A DNA stretch of 26,748 bases from an uncultured Candidatus Rokubacteria bacterium (GCA_963747235.1 CAVVEU010000018.1:1-26748); one strand, 5' to 3'. Positions 8,582 through 16,340 are shown, counted from the first letter of the stretch. A program made the numbers and translations. Notes: generated by a model from the sequence alone, not told the origin.

Positions 8582-9694
8582 TCAACGCGATCGACATGAC
8601 CGCGGCTCAGCGCCCCTGGTGAGCGGGGCAACGCTCGGCCGTAACGTGCGGTTGAAGAATCCGACGATCTCACGATTCATCACCTCATGGAACGCGTCGC
8701 GATCGAAGCCGGCCGGGTCTCGCCCGCCTTCACCGACTACGATCTTCAGCGCCGTGGGAAAGCTCGTGACGAACGAGAAGTGCCCGGCACCCTTGACCAG
8801 AACGCATTCCGCCCGAGGCAGCGTCTTCGCCAGGCGCTCGCCATGATACGGCAGGCGCGTCAGGTCGTCCTTCTCCGCGGCGTAGACAAGCGCGGGAACC
8901 GTGACCCTTGCCAGCGCATCGTCCGTGAACCGCACCACGTTCGGCGCCAATAGGACAATGGACCGAACCCTCGGATCGCGGAGCTCCGGGAGGTGGCCGA
9001 CCTCGCGAGCGGCTTCCCGAGTGGCAGCACCCCCGTAGCCGCAGAACCTGGCGTCGTCGGGATGCTCGCGGCAATGCGCGGCCTCTGAGCCAGGACTGGG
9101 TCGGGCACCGGCGACTGCCAGCGCGGTGTAGCCACCATTCGAATGCCCCACTATCCCGATGCGCTCGCGCTCGATGTGCGGCCCGAGCTCTCCGTCGTCC
9201 AGCACCGCATCAACAACGCGGGACACTTGCTTCGGGCGGCCGACCCACACGCTGGCGCCGGATATGTCGTCGCCCTTCCCTCGCGGGTGGGTGGGCGCCG
9301 CGACGACGTAGCCTTGCAAGGCGAGCGCCATCGCCAGATCCCGGTGGAGCAAGGCCATGCCGCCGGCCCCATGCGAGACGACGATCACCCCGAAGGCCCC
9401 TGCCGCGACCGGCGCATCCTGGGCCACCGGCATCTCGAACGCTATACGCCGACAGACGATCGCCGGCAAGCGACACCGCGAGAGCGAGCCGGTCAAAAAG
9501 AGAGGAGCGGGCGCGGCGGGGGTGGGATACCAGAGAGCGACAGGGAATGACTCGCCAGTCACCGCGTCTTGCAGAGCGATCGTGCGGTAGCCGACGTTCC
9601 AAGACGGCGCGGCCGCCGCCGTCGGAGCGAAGCAGAAAAGCAGGACTGCCGACAGGAGGCACACGCGACACTTGAAGACTGCGGGCGACCTCAT
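8582..9694 (-). CDS. Secreted alpha/beta hydrolase (predicted dienelactone hydrolase family)
   Basis: Signal-like N-terminus, VALWYP, VVSHGAGG, nucleophile elbow GHSNGG, GAGHFSF. Confidence 0.88.
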   Translation of the reverse strand: MRSPAVFKCRVCLLSAVLLFCFAPTAAAAPSWNVGYRTIALQDAVTGESFPVALWYPTPAAPAPLFLTGSLSRCRLPAIVCRRIAFEMPVAQDAPVAAGAFGVIVVSHGAGGMALLHRDLAMALALQGYVVAAPTHPRGKGDDISGASVWVGRPKQVSRVVDAVLDDGELGPHIERERIGIVGHSNGGYTALAVAGARPSPGSEAAHCREHPDDARFCGYGGAATREAAREVGHLPELRDPRVRSIVLLAPNVVRFTDDALARVTVPALVYAAEKDDLTRLPYHGERLAKTLPRAECVLVKGAGHFSFVTSFPTALKIVVGEGGRDPAGFDRDAFHEVMNREIVGFFNRTLRPSVAPLTRGAEPRSCRSR

Positions 9695-9733
9695 CGCGGT
9701 ATTAGAAGCATCACCGACGACTGTGGTAGATAC

Positions 9734-9777
9734 CGGCACGCCGCTTGCGGCGCGTCCGCTGCAACGCGGTGCTAGGC
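9734..9777 (-). other. Degenerate half attC relic
   Basis: Minus strand GCCTAGC-accgcgttgcagcggac-gcgccgcaagcggcgtgc: mutated R'' (AAC to AGC), L'' and central hairpin. L'/R' are missing. Lies 18 nt after a stop codon. Confidence 0.6.
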
Positions 9778-9795
9778 GAGCCCAACGCAGCAACC

Positions 9796-10212
9796 TTATG
9801 GCTGACTCGCCCCGGACGCGTGCATATGGGTGAGCTTCCAAGCGTCATGCTCGCGGACGAACAAAAGCGTACGCCGCTGCAGGGGCAACTGGCGCCCGCC
9901 GATGGTTAGCTCAAGGGTAAATGTGACGAGTCCCACATCGCCGTAGCGCTCGGTCCGGATGTCGAGCGGTTTCAGGTTCAGGTACGGCGGCCCGGGTCTG
10001 CGTGCCCGCGCTTCCTCGAAGAATCGCCGCCAGCGCCCCTCGACTGCTACCTGTCCAGTAAGGCGCTCCGGCGTGTCGCCAAACGGGAAGAAGGCCGTCG
10101 CGGTGGACGCCCAGCTCGCCCGGAATGGCTCCCAGTCGAGATCGTCCAGCGCACGCAGAAATCGCTCAGCCGCCGAGCGAATTCCTGCGAGATCCTCAGG
10201 CGGACACATCAC
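9796..10212 (-). CDS. SnoaL-like / NTF2-fold protein (cassette gene)
   Basis: FLRALDDLDWEPFRASWA...RRTLLFVREHDAWKLTHMHAS. Confidence 0.85.
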   Translation of the reverse strand: MMCPPEDLAGIRSAAERFLRALDDLDWEPFRASWASTATAFFPFGDTPERLTGQVAVEGRWRRFFEEARARRPGPPYLNLKPLDIRTERYGDVGLVTFTLELTIGGRQLPLQRRTLLFVREHDAWKLTHMHASGASQP

Positions 10213-10345
10213 GATTCCGGAGGAGGCTTATGCGTTGAATAAAGTCGTTGCAGGCATTTTCGTATGTGGCCGTCGTAGTGCTCCTGCCAGTTGCAGCGGG
10301 ATCCGCATTGACGCAGATGTCGGTGACCGCCTCGCAGGCCACGGT

Positions 10346-10424
10346 GTCTGACCGCCGTTCACCTGCGGCGGACCAAGCGACCGCAAGGAGCGAGGCCGGC
10401 CTCAGGTCGAACGGCATGTTAGGC
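10346..10424 (-). other. attC site (79 bp; R' is GTCAGAC, non-canonical)
   Basis: R'' GCCTAAC overlaps the TAA of the upstream gene. Imperfect palindrome with arms gccgttc-acctg / caggt-c-gaacggc. Confidence 0.85.
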
Positions 10425-10898
10425 GCCACGTCTTGCGTCGGCCTGCTCATGGCGGCTCTCCACGAAGCGCCTCAGGTTGATGCCTTCGATGCGCATGTGC
10501 TCGCGCACAGCGTCAACCTCTCGCTTGTTCAGGCGGGCGGCGAGGGGACCAACTCGAAGGAAGATCTCGGCTATGAAGCGGTAGTGCCGGTCCGCTATCC
10601 TCTCAAGGCGAAAGACGAGACGAGGAAGGAAAAGCCGCATCAGCCAAGACGTCGGGGCAAACTCGATGCGCCCTCCGTCTTCGATGCGTGTGAACGCGAC
10701 GTTCTTCTTCAAGAGCTTCCCCGCGATCACTTCCTCGAAGTAGAACTCGTTTCCGACCACCAATCCCTTGCCGCGAGTCCAGCGGAAGACCTTGTGGTCT
10801 AGATGCCACCCGAGGTAGCGCGCATTGTCCATGCCTTCGAAAAAGTCGAAAACATCGGAAGGGGAGGCGTGCACCTCAATCACGTCTTGAAGGACCAT
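10419..10898 (-). CDS. SRPBCC/polyketide cyclase-like protein (cassette gene)
   Basis: VIEVHASPSDVFDFF...YLGWHLDH...VREHMRIEGINLRRFVE. The stop lies in an attC R''. Confidence 0.75.
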   Translation of the reverse strand: MVLQDVIEVHASPSDVFDFFEGMDNARYLGWHLDHKVFRWTRGKGLVVGNEFYFEEVIAGKLLKKNVAFTRIEDGGRIEFAPTSWLMRLFLPRLVFRLERIADRHYRFIAEIFLRVGPLAARLNKREVDAVREHMRIEGINLRRFVESRHEQADARRGA

Positions 10899-10920
10899 CG
10901 TCCGCTTCCCTGCGTTCTGG

Positions 10921-11358
10921 CTACCCGAGCTCTTGGGCGAGCCCGATGAGGATTCCTTCGGGCCCCCGGATGTAGCAGAGCCGGTACGTGTCTTCATACT
11001 GGACCACTTTGCCGACGAGCTCCGCGCCGCGTTTGCCGAGCCGGGCGAGCGTATCGTCGATGTCCTCCACGGTGAACATGACGCGTAGGTAACCGAGAGC
11101 GTTCACCGGGGCGCTGCGGTGATCGGCGACCACAGGCGGCGCGAGGAATCGGGACATCTCGAGCCGGCTGTGACCGTCCGGCGTACGCATCATGGCAATC
11201 TCGACGCGCATATCGCGCAATCCAGTGACGCCATCTGCCCAGTCTCCTTCGATTGGGGCACGCCCCTCAAGCTCAAGGCCAAGTTCGGCAAAGAACTCAA
11301 TGGCGGCATCGATGTCTTCTACCACGATGCCGACGTTGTCCATACGCTTGACCGTCAT
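10921..11358 (-). CDS. VOC/glyoxalase family protein (cassette gene)
   Basis: MDNVGIVVEDIDAAIEFFAELGL...YRLCYIRGPEGILIGLAQEL. Preceded by GTTAGAC and a GGGAG SD. Confidence 0.92.
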   Translation of the reverse strand: MTVKRMDNVGIVVEDIDAAIEFFAELGLELEGRAPIEGDWADGVTGLRDMRVEIAMMRTPDGHSRLEMSRFLAPPVVADHRSAPVNALGYLRVMFTVEDIDDTLARLGKRGAELVGKVVQYEDTYRLCYIRGPEGILIGLAQELG

Positions 11359-11372
11359 GATGTCTCCCTGGC

Positions 11373-11409
11373 GTCTAACGTGCCGCGTCAGCCGCGCCCG
11401 TCCGCGGGC
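11373..11409 (-). other. 3' half (hairpin, L', R' GTTAGAC) of an attC interrupted by the IS
   Basis: Plus strand gtctaac-gtgccgcgtcagccg-cgcccgtccgcgggc directly abuts the IS end. Confidence 0.75.
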
Positions 11410-11453
11410 GGATCTTCCCTCGGTTTTGTAGACACGGGTTCACGACCGAAGTT

Positions 11454-12336
11454 CTAGACGTGCTGCGCTTCATAGTCAACCGGGGAGCGGTAGCCGAGCG
11501 CCGAGTGCAACCGGACGCGGTTGTAGTACGGGATGTAGCGCCGGAGCAGCGGCGCGAGTTCGTGGCTCGCCAAGCTGACGCCGTGGACAACGTCCGTCTT
11601 CATCGAGTGGAAGAAGGACTCCATGTGCGCGTTGTCCGTGACCTCCCGGGGTCGGTTCATACTCTGGACGAATCCGAGGGTGGCCAAGCGGGCGCGGAAG
11701 GCGTACGCCGCGTACTCGCTGCCCCGGTCGGAGTGGAAGAGGAGCCCGGGCGGGGGACGCCGATTGACCACCGCGTGGTTGAGCGCGGCCAAGGTCAGCC
11801 CCGCCTCCTTATGGCGGCCCAGGCTCCACCCGACGACCCGCCGCGAGTAGCGATCCAGGACCACCGCGAGATAGCGCCACGCCGGCCCGACCTTCAGATA
11901 GGTAATCCCCCACCCAGACTTGAGCCGGCCCCGTGGCCAAGCGAGCGAGCTGGCGGTTGGGGATGCTGGTGAAGAAGGCGTGCAACCCCGGGATGGCTCG
12001 GTACAGCGTCACCGCGCGGGCGCGCAGCCCCGCCGCACGCATGAGCCGCGCGACCCGGCGCCGGCTGACCCGGGTGCCCGCCGCCCGGAGCGCCTGATGG
12101 ATCCGCGGGCTGCCATACGTCCCTCGACTGCCGTCGAAGATGGTGCCAATCGCGCGCAAGAGGTCCCGGTCCTGTCCCCGACGGGGGCTCTCGCCCCGGC
12201 CTCGCCACGCGTAGTAGCCCGCCCGCGTGACGCCGTAGAGCGCACAGAGCCGCTTCACCGTGAACCCCCCGCGCTGGCTCGCGATGAACGCGAAGATCTC
12301 GCGCTTCGTGCGGAACAGAACCGGATGGCTTTTTTT
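11454..12336 (-). pseudogene. IS3 OrfB DDE transposase with an extra frameshift near 11904
   Basis: TYGSPRI, QVWVGD/(I)TYLKV..WRYLAVVLDRYSRRVVGW, HSDRGSEY, DNAHMESFF, RLHSALGYRSP. The frame breaks at GGGGAT-TACC, consistent with a 2-nt loss. Confidence 0.85.
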
Positions 12337-12626
12337 AGGAGCGCATGCTCCTCCTGCAGTATCGCGTGCTCGCGCTCGAGGTCCTGCAGCCGCTTGATCT
12401 CGCGCACCCGCTGCCCCTCGCCGGCCCTTCGCCGGACCCGGCCTTTCAGTGTCCCGTCCCGGGCTTCCTTGCGCCAGCGCGACAGCATGAACGGATGGAG
12501 GTCCAGGGCGTCGGCCACCGTCTGCACCTGCACCCCCGGCATGCCGCTCAACTTCACCGCCGTCAACTTGAACTCCACACTGTAGTGGTGCACCTTCCGC
12601 GGCCCAATCGGTCTGCCCACCGACAC
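12255..12626 (-). CDS. IS3 OrfA (HTH) with programmed -1 frameshift motif AAAAAAAG at 12336-12329
   Basis: YSVEFKLTAVKL...VADALDLHPFMLSRWRK...ILQEEHALLKKA. Confidence 0.9.
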   Translation of the reverse strand: MSVGRPIGPRKVHHYSVEFKLTAVKLSGMPGVQVQTVADALDLHPFMLSRWRKEARDGTLKGRVRRRAGEGQRVREIKRLQDLEREHAILQEEHALLKKAIRFCSARSARSSRSSRASAGGSR

Positions 12627-12671
12627 CTCCCTGTGTTAGCCAGAAGTGTCTACTTTATCGAGGGAGGTCCA

Positions 12672-12697
12672 CGGTCCGTTGGAGCGGGATGTTGGGC
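12672..12697 (-). other. 5' half (R'' GCCCAAC, L'') of an attC interrupted by the IS
   Basis: Lies 9 nt after the SBP stop. R'' is complementary to the GTTGGGC that starts this cassette. Confidence 0.8.
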
Positions 12698-12706
12698 AGC
12701 GCGTAA

Positions 12707-13726
12707 TCACTCGATGACCCGGTCTACTCGGAGTAGGAGCGAGGGCGGGATCGTCTGGCCGAGCGCCTTCGCAGCCCGGAGGTTGATCGCCAACTCGAAC
12801 GTGGTCGGCTGCTGAATGGGGAGATCGGCGGGCCTCGCGCCTTTGAGGATCTTGTCGACGAAGGTTGCCGCCCGCCGGTGCTGATCGGAGTAGTTCGGGG
12901 CGTACGACATCAACCCTCCGGCCTCCACATACTCGCTATCGGGATACATCCCCGGCAGCCGGTGTCCTGCTGCGAGGCCGACGATCCGGGCTCGATGAGC
13001 ATTGGTAACAGCGTGCGGCAGCACGATGAGTCCTTGGGCGCGGCCCTTGATGAGGTTGGCGAAAGCCTGCTCGATCTCGTCGGGCCCGGCTATCGCGTGA
13101 AGCTGGGGCATTGCCTTCACCGCCTTGGCAGCGCCTTCGATCACTTGCCATAGCCTGCAGTTTTGATCGCTGCACGGATCAGAACTGAGGGGGTTGGCAG
13201 CTAGAGTTCGTGAGACGGTGAGAACGGCAACCCGATAGACCGTGGGCACCGCCTCCCTCAACAGCTCTACCCATTTCCGACTCACTTCGTCCGCGAGGCC
13301 GGTTATCCCAGTGATGTTTCCACCCGGCCGTGCGAGGCTGGCGGCGTAACCGTTCGCGACGGGATCCGCCACGGTGGCAAAGACGATCGGTATCGTTCGC
13401 GTCGCTCTCTGGAGAGCGGCGACGCCGGCGTTGTTATACGTGACAAGTACGTCAACCTTGAGCTGAGTGAGTTCCGCGGCGAGCGCTGGGAACCGGTCGG
13501 GCCTGCCTTCCGCCCAGCGGTAATCAATCGAAATGTTCTGGCCCTCCACGTAGCCGAGCTCCCGCAGGCCTTGCCGGAAGGATTCGAGCAGGCGTGCGCC
13601 CGCGGAAGCGGAAACAGGTCCCAGGTAACCAATCCGCCAGGTCTTCGTCGGCGGCTGCGCGGCGGCAACGAACGGCGCGGCCGTGACCGCGATGCTTGCG
13701 GCGAGAAATGCGCGACGGCTCGTCAC
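12707..13726 (-). CDS. ABC transporter substrate-binding protein (ABC_sub_bind-type) carried as an integron cassette
   Basis: Twin-Arg-like SRRAFL signal, LGYVEGQNISIDYR, SLARPGGNITG, AGGLMSY, DLPIQQPTTFELAINL. Confidence 0.92.
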   Translation of the reverse strand: MTSRRAFLAASIAVTAAPFVAAAQPPTKTWRIGYLGPVSASAGARLLESFRQGLRELGYVEGQNISIDYRWAEGRPDRFPALAAELTQLKVDVLVTYNNAGVAALQRATRTIPIVFATVADPVANGYAASLARPGGNITGITGLADEVSRKWVELLREAVPTVYRVAVLTVSRTLAANPLSSDPCSDQNCRLWQVIEGAAKAVKAMPQLHAIAGPDEIEQAFANLIKGRAQGLIVLPHAVTNAHRARIVGLAAGHRLPGMYPDSEYVEAGGLMSYAPNYSDQHRRAATFVDKILKGARPADLPIQQPTTFELAINLRAAKALGQTIPPSLLLRVDRVIE

Positions 13727-13764
13727 TCGATGACCCAGGCGCTCGTCAGTACCAGCACTTGTCT

Positions 13765-13834
13765 GCCCAACGTGTACGCTCAGCGGCCGGGGCGAGCACC
13801 GCGAGCCTCGGACCGCTGCAGCGGGATGTTGGGC
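13765..13834 (-). other. attC site (70 bp)
   Basis: R'' GCCCAAC ... R' GTTGGGC, arms cgct-cagcgg / ccgctg-c-agcg. Shares its core with the attC at 17480. Confidence 0.92.
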
Positions 13835-13838
13835 AGCA

Positions 13839-14140
13839 TCACTCGATCACGTGGTCCGCCTGCACTCGCAGCGACTGCGGGATCGTCAGTCCGAGGACCT
13901 TGGCGCTCTTGAGGTTGATCGTCAGTTCGAACTTCGTGGGTTGCTCGACCGGAAGATCGCCCGGTTTCGCGCCTTTCAAAATCCGATCCACGACCGCCGC
14001 CGTCCGCCTATTTAGCTCGACCGGATCAAACGTGTACGAGATCAAGCCACCAGCTATGACGTTCCGGGAGTTGCCCACCATGAGCGGGAGCCGGTGGTTA
14101 GCGGCGAGCTCACTGCTTCGCGTCTGAAAAGCCTGCTGCT
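13839..14140 (-). pseudogene. 3' fragment of an ABC substrate-binding protein gene
   Basis: ELAANHRLPLM...AGGLISY...DRILKGAKPGDLPVEQPTKFELTINLK...ADHVIE*. The 5' two-thirds is missing. Confidence 0.88.
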
Positions 14141-14167
14141 GCGGTCCGCTCCAGCGTGAAGTTAGGC
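14141..14167 (-). other. Truncated attC (R'' GCCTAAC and L'' only)
   Basis: Minus strand GCCTAAC-ttcacgctggagcggaccgc runs directly into the SBP fragment. Confidence 0.75.
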
Positions 14168-14176
14168 GCGGCGCTC

Positions 14177-14500
14177 CTATCCACCGGACGCCAGGAGCTC
14201 CTCTCGGGACGCGTCCCTAACCGATCCGGTGCGCCTGAATACAAGACCTTCCTCCTTATGGACGCTGCCTAGCCCAAGCAAGGTAGGCCTGGCGAGCTGG
14301 ACCGTGACCAAGATCTCATCCGACCGCAAGCCCTGTCTGAACGTCGTGAGCACGCACTTGCGGCCTCCAACCAGCGTCTCTTCCCCTTGTGTCTCAGGAA
14401 GCTCACTAGCCTGATCGAACGTCAGACTGCGCAGGGCTGCTATCCGTTCGCCGATCAGCGTCGCGACCTCCACGTCGTATCGCTCGCGATCCATGGCCAC
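14177..14500 (-). CDS. Hypothetical protein (cassette gene)
   Basis: 107-aa ORF that fills the space between GTTAGGC and the complementary R''. Confidence 0.8.
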   Translation of the reverse strand: MAMDRERYDVEVATLIGERIAALRSLTFDQASELPETQGEETLVGGRKCVLTTFRQGLRSDEILVTVQLARPTLLGLGSVHKEEGLVFRRTGSVRDASREELLASGG

Positions 14501-14506
14501 CTTGCT

Positions 14507-14563
14507 GCCTAACGCCGCGGTGAGCGGCGCGCGAAACGCGTCCGCTCTACTGCAAAGTTATCC
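14507..14563 (-). other. attC site (57 bp)
   Basis: R'' GGATAAC (contains the toxin TAA) ... R' GTTAGGC, with hairpin gagcgg-cgcgcgaaacgcg-tccgctc. Confidence 0.9.
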
Positions 14564-14855
14564 GTCCTTTCGCCGCCTCCACACACGAGGATCTCTGGCA
14601 CCGTGGAAGACGGCGTACACCACGATCTCGCCGGGCTCGATTTCGTAGAAGACCGCGTACGGAAATCGCCGCAGGAGCGCTCTGCGCATCGTCGGATCGA
14701 CCAGGGCGTAGGCTCCGGGATGGCGCCGGATCGACGCGAGGCAGGTGTCGACGGCCGCAAGGAAGTCCGAGGCGAGGCCGGGCGCCTGTCTGGTACCAGA
14801 GGTGGGCCTCGTCCAGATCAAGCTCAGCCTCCGGGGTGAGGCGCAGCCGCTTCAC
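14558..14855 (-). pseudogene. RelE/ParE-family toxin, frameshifted near 14790
   Basis: MKRLRLTPEAELDLDEAHLWY in one frame continues as RQAPGLASDFL...RRALLRRFPYAVFY...VYAVFHGARDP in another. Confidence 0.88.
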
Positions 14856-15070
14856 TTGCGACGTCGGAGCCTAGCACGTACCTGCGCCCAAGATCGCGCG
14901 GCAGAAGGATTACGCGCGTGCGCACGCCGCCGCCGCTCGAGTTCCTTACGTTGGGCGTCCGTGACCGGAACCGCCTCGGGTGTTTCAACGAGGCTGTCCC
15001 AGATTTCTTCGAGCAGCTGCAGCCGATCGGGAACACTGAGCCCTCGGATCTACTTGCGAACGGTGCTCAT
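14852..15070 (-). pseudogene. Addiction-module antitoxin (TIGR02574-like) with in-frame TAG at codon 7
   Basis: Manual translation MSTVRK*IRGLSVPDRLQLLEEIWDSLVETPEAVPVTDAQRKELERRRRAHARNPSAARSWAQVRARL. GTGA overlap with the toxin gene. Confidence 0.88.
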
Positions 15071-15076
15071 GACTGG

Positions 15077-15105
15077 ATTCTCTGCTTCTCGTTCTCTGGC
15101 CGCAA
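15077..15105 (-). promoter_or_regulatory. Putative cassette-internal promoter of the TA operon
   Basis: TTGCGG-17nt-GAGAAT-6nt-ATG. Confidence 0.4.
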
Positions 15106-15120
15106 GTCTTACGTCAGTAC

Positions 15121-15245
15121 GGATAACGTTTGAGCTGAGGGGCTCGCGCCGGTGTGGCGCTTGGCCCGCGAGGCGCTCGCTGTCATCATCGTTTCGCGGG
15201 CCAAGCGCCACACCGGCGCGAGTCCCCGCGAGCGAAGGGTTAGGC
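15121..15245 (-). other. attC site (125 bp)
   Basis: R'' GCCTAAC ... R' GTTATCC, with a long perfect stem ctcgcgccggtgtggcgcttggcccgcga / tcgcgggccaagcgccacaccggcgcgag. Confidence 0.95.
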
Positions 15246-15770
15246 ATCGCTGCGTCCGGCACGGCTGAGCGTGTAGTAGAGAAGCATTTGACCCGACTTG
15301 CCTTCAAACCAGCGGCTTGCGGTGTGGACTCGCGCTGCAACCTTGCGCGAGGCATCGTTCCTCGGGTCGACGATTGAGCCGACGAGCTGAGCACCCAGCG
15401 AACTGAACGCGTACTCCAATGAGGCGGCACCCGCTTCGCTTGCGTAACCGCGGTTCCGATGGTCGGGATGGATGTGCCAGCCCACTTCATGGATTCGCTG
15501 GTCTTCCACTATCTGGAGGGTGACTCCGGCGTCCCCGATGAACAGACCTGAGTCGAGTAGTTCTATGGCGAACAGGCCGAAACCGAACTCAGCGTAGTTG
15601 CGCAGGTTCCAGGCAACCCAGCGCTCCAGTGCTTCAGGCTGACTCAGCGTGGGGTAGAACTGCTGTGCGTACGGATCGCCAAAGACTGCCGCCAACTGTG
15701 CGGCGTCGGTCGGGACGAAATGCCGCAGACCTAGGCGGGGTGTGCAGAGGACGTACGCGGGGTCCGACAC
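15240..15770 (-). CDS. GNAT N-acetyltransferase, RimJ/RimL-like (cassette gene)
   Basis: TPRLGLR, FIGDAG, EVGWHIHPDHRNRGYASEA, PRNDASRKVAAR. Start set at GTG 15770, inside the cassette boundary. Confidence 0.9.
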   Translation of the reverse strand: MSDPAYVLCTPRLGLRHFVPTDAAQLAAVFGDPYAQQFYPTLSQPEALERWVAWNLRNYAEFGFGLFAIELLDSGLFIGDAGVTLQIVEDQRIHEVGWHIHPDHRNRGYASEAGAASLEYAFSSLGAQLVGSIVDPRNDASRKVAARVHTASRWFEGKSGQMLLYYTLSRAGRSDA

Positions 15771-15781
15771 TTGTTTGCGAT

Positions 15782-15841
15782 GCCTAACGCTCAGTATCAG
15801 CCGCGGCGCGGAGCGCCGGCAACTGCATGCTGAAGTTAGAC
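15782..15841 (-). other. attC site (60 bp)
   Basis: R'' GTCTAAC (contains TAA) ... R' GTTAGGC, central cggcgc-gga-gcgccg hairpin. Confidence 0.85.
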
Positions 15842-16339
15842 ATGCTCGCCACCACGACGCGATCCACAAAGCGACAAGAACTCGTCTCCTGTCATGATTC
15901 TTGTGGCGAACTCCGTCTCGAGCCGTTCACGCCGCCCACCTTCGATAAATCCCTTCCTGTCATTCGTCACAAAGATGTCGCGACCGTCACGGATGTGGGC
16001 GGACAGTATCATCGCGTCGCGAAGCTGCCGCCGCTCCCCGGCTGACAGCTTCGAACGCCGCTCTCGCGCCGGGAACGACCCGTTCGAAATGACCTGCAGG
16101 AGTCGCTCGAATGCGTCCGCCACAGGCCGCGCTCCGAGGGCGGCAACGCCAATCGCGCTCTCTCCCATCACAAATGGTTCTACGACGGCCCGATTGTTCT
16201 CGAACGCCGTTTGTACCCCTGACGACTCCAACTCCCGATCGGTGACCGTCGTATGAGCGAGCTCGAAGCCGGCCAGCCGTGCCGCATCGGCAACCCGCCC
16301 ATCGTCCACTGTGTTTGTGTCCAAAGTGACCGACACCAT
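15836..16339 (-). CDS. PIN-domain-like protein (cassette gene)
   Basis: N-terminal VTLDTN, VTDRE and C-terminal DAMIL...IFVTNDRKGF give the acidic pattern typical of PIN nucleases. Confidence 0.65.
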   Translation of the reverse strand: MVSVTLDTNTVDDGRVADAARLAGFELAHTTVTDRELESSGVQTAFENNRAVVEPFVMGESAIGVAALGARPVADAFERLLQVISNGSFPARERRSKLSAGERRQLRDAMILSAHIRDGRDIFVTNDRKGFIEGGRRERLETEFATRIMTGDEFLSLCGSRRGGEHV

Positions 16340-16340
16340 A

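Larger units (their letters stand above)
11410..12671 (-). mobile_element. IS3-family insertion sequence (~1.26 kb), probably inactive
   Basis: 26-bp imperfect terminal IRs TGGACCTCCCTCGATAAAGTAGACAC / GGATCTTCCCTCGGTTTTGTAGACAC, with orfA, an A7G slippery site and orfB. Confidence 0.9.

Noticed and set aside
10196-10345. Short ORF in the leader of the SnoaL-like cassette
   Set aside because: The predicted ORF crosses the attC and has no motif; it cannot be supported.
15050-15052. In-frame TAG as stop-codon recoding
   Set aside because: TAG terminates several other genes here and the partner toxin is also broken, so pseudogenisation is the simpler explanation.
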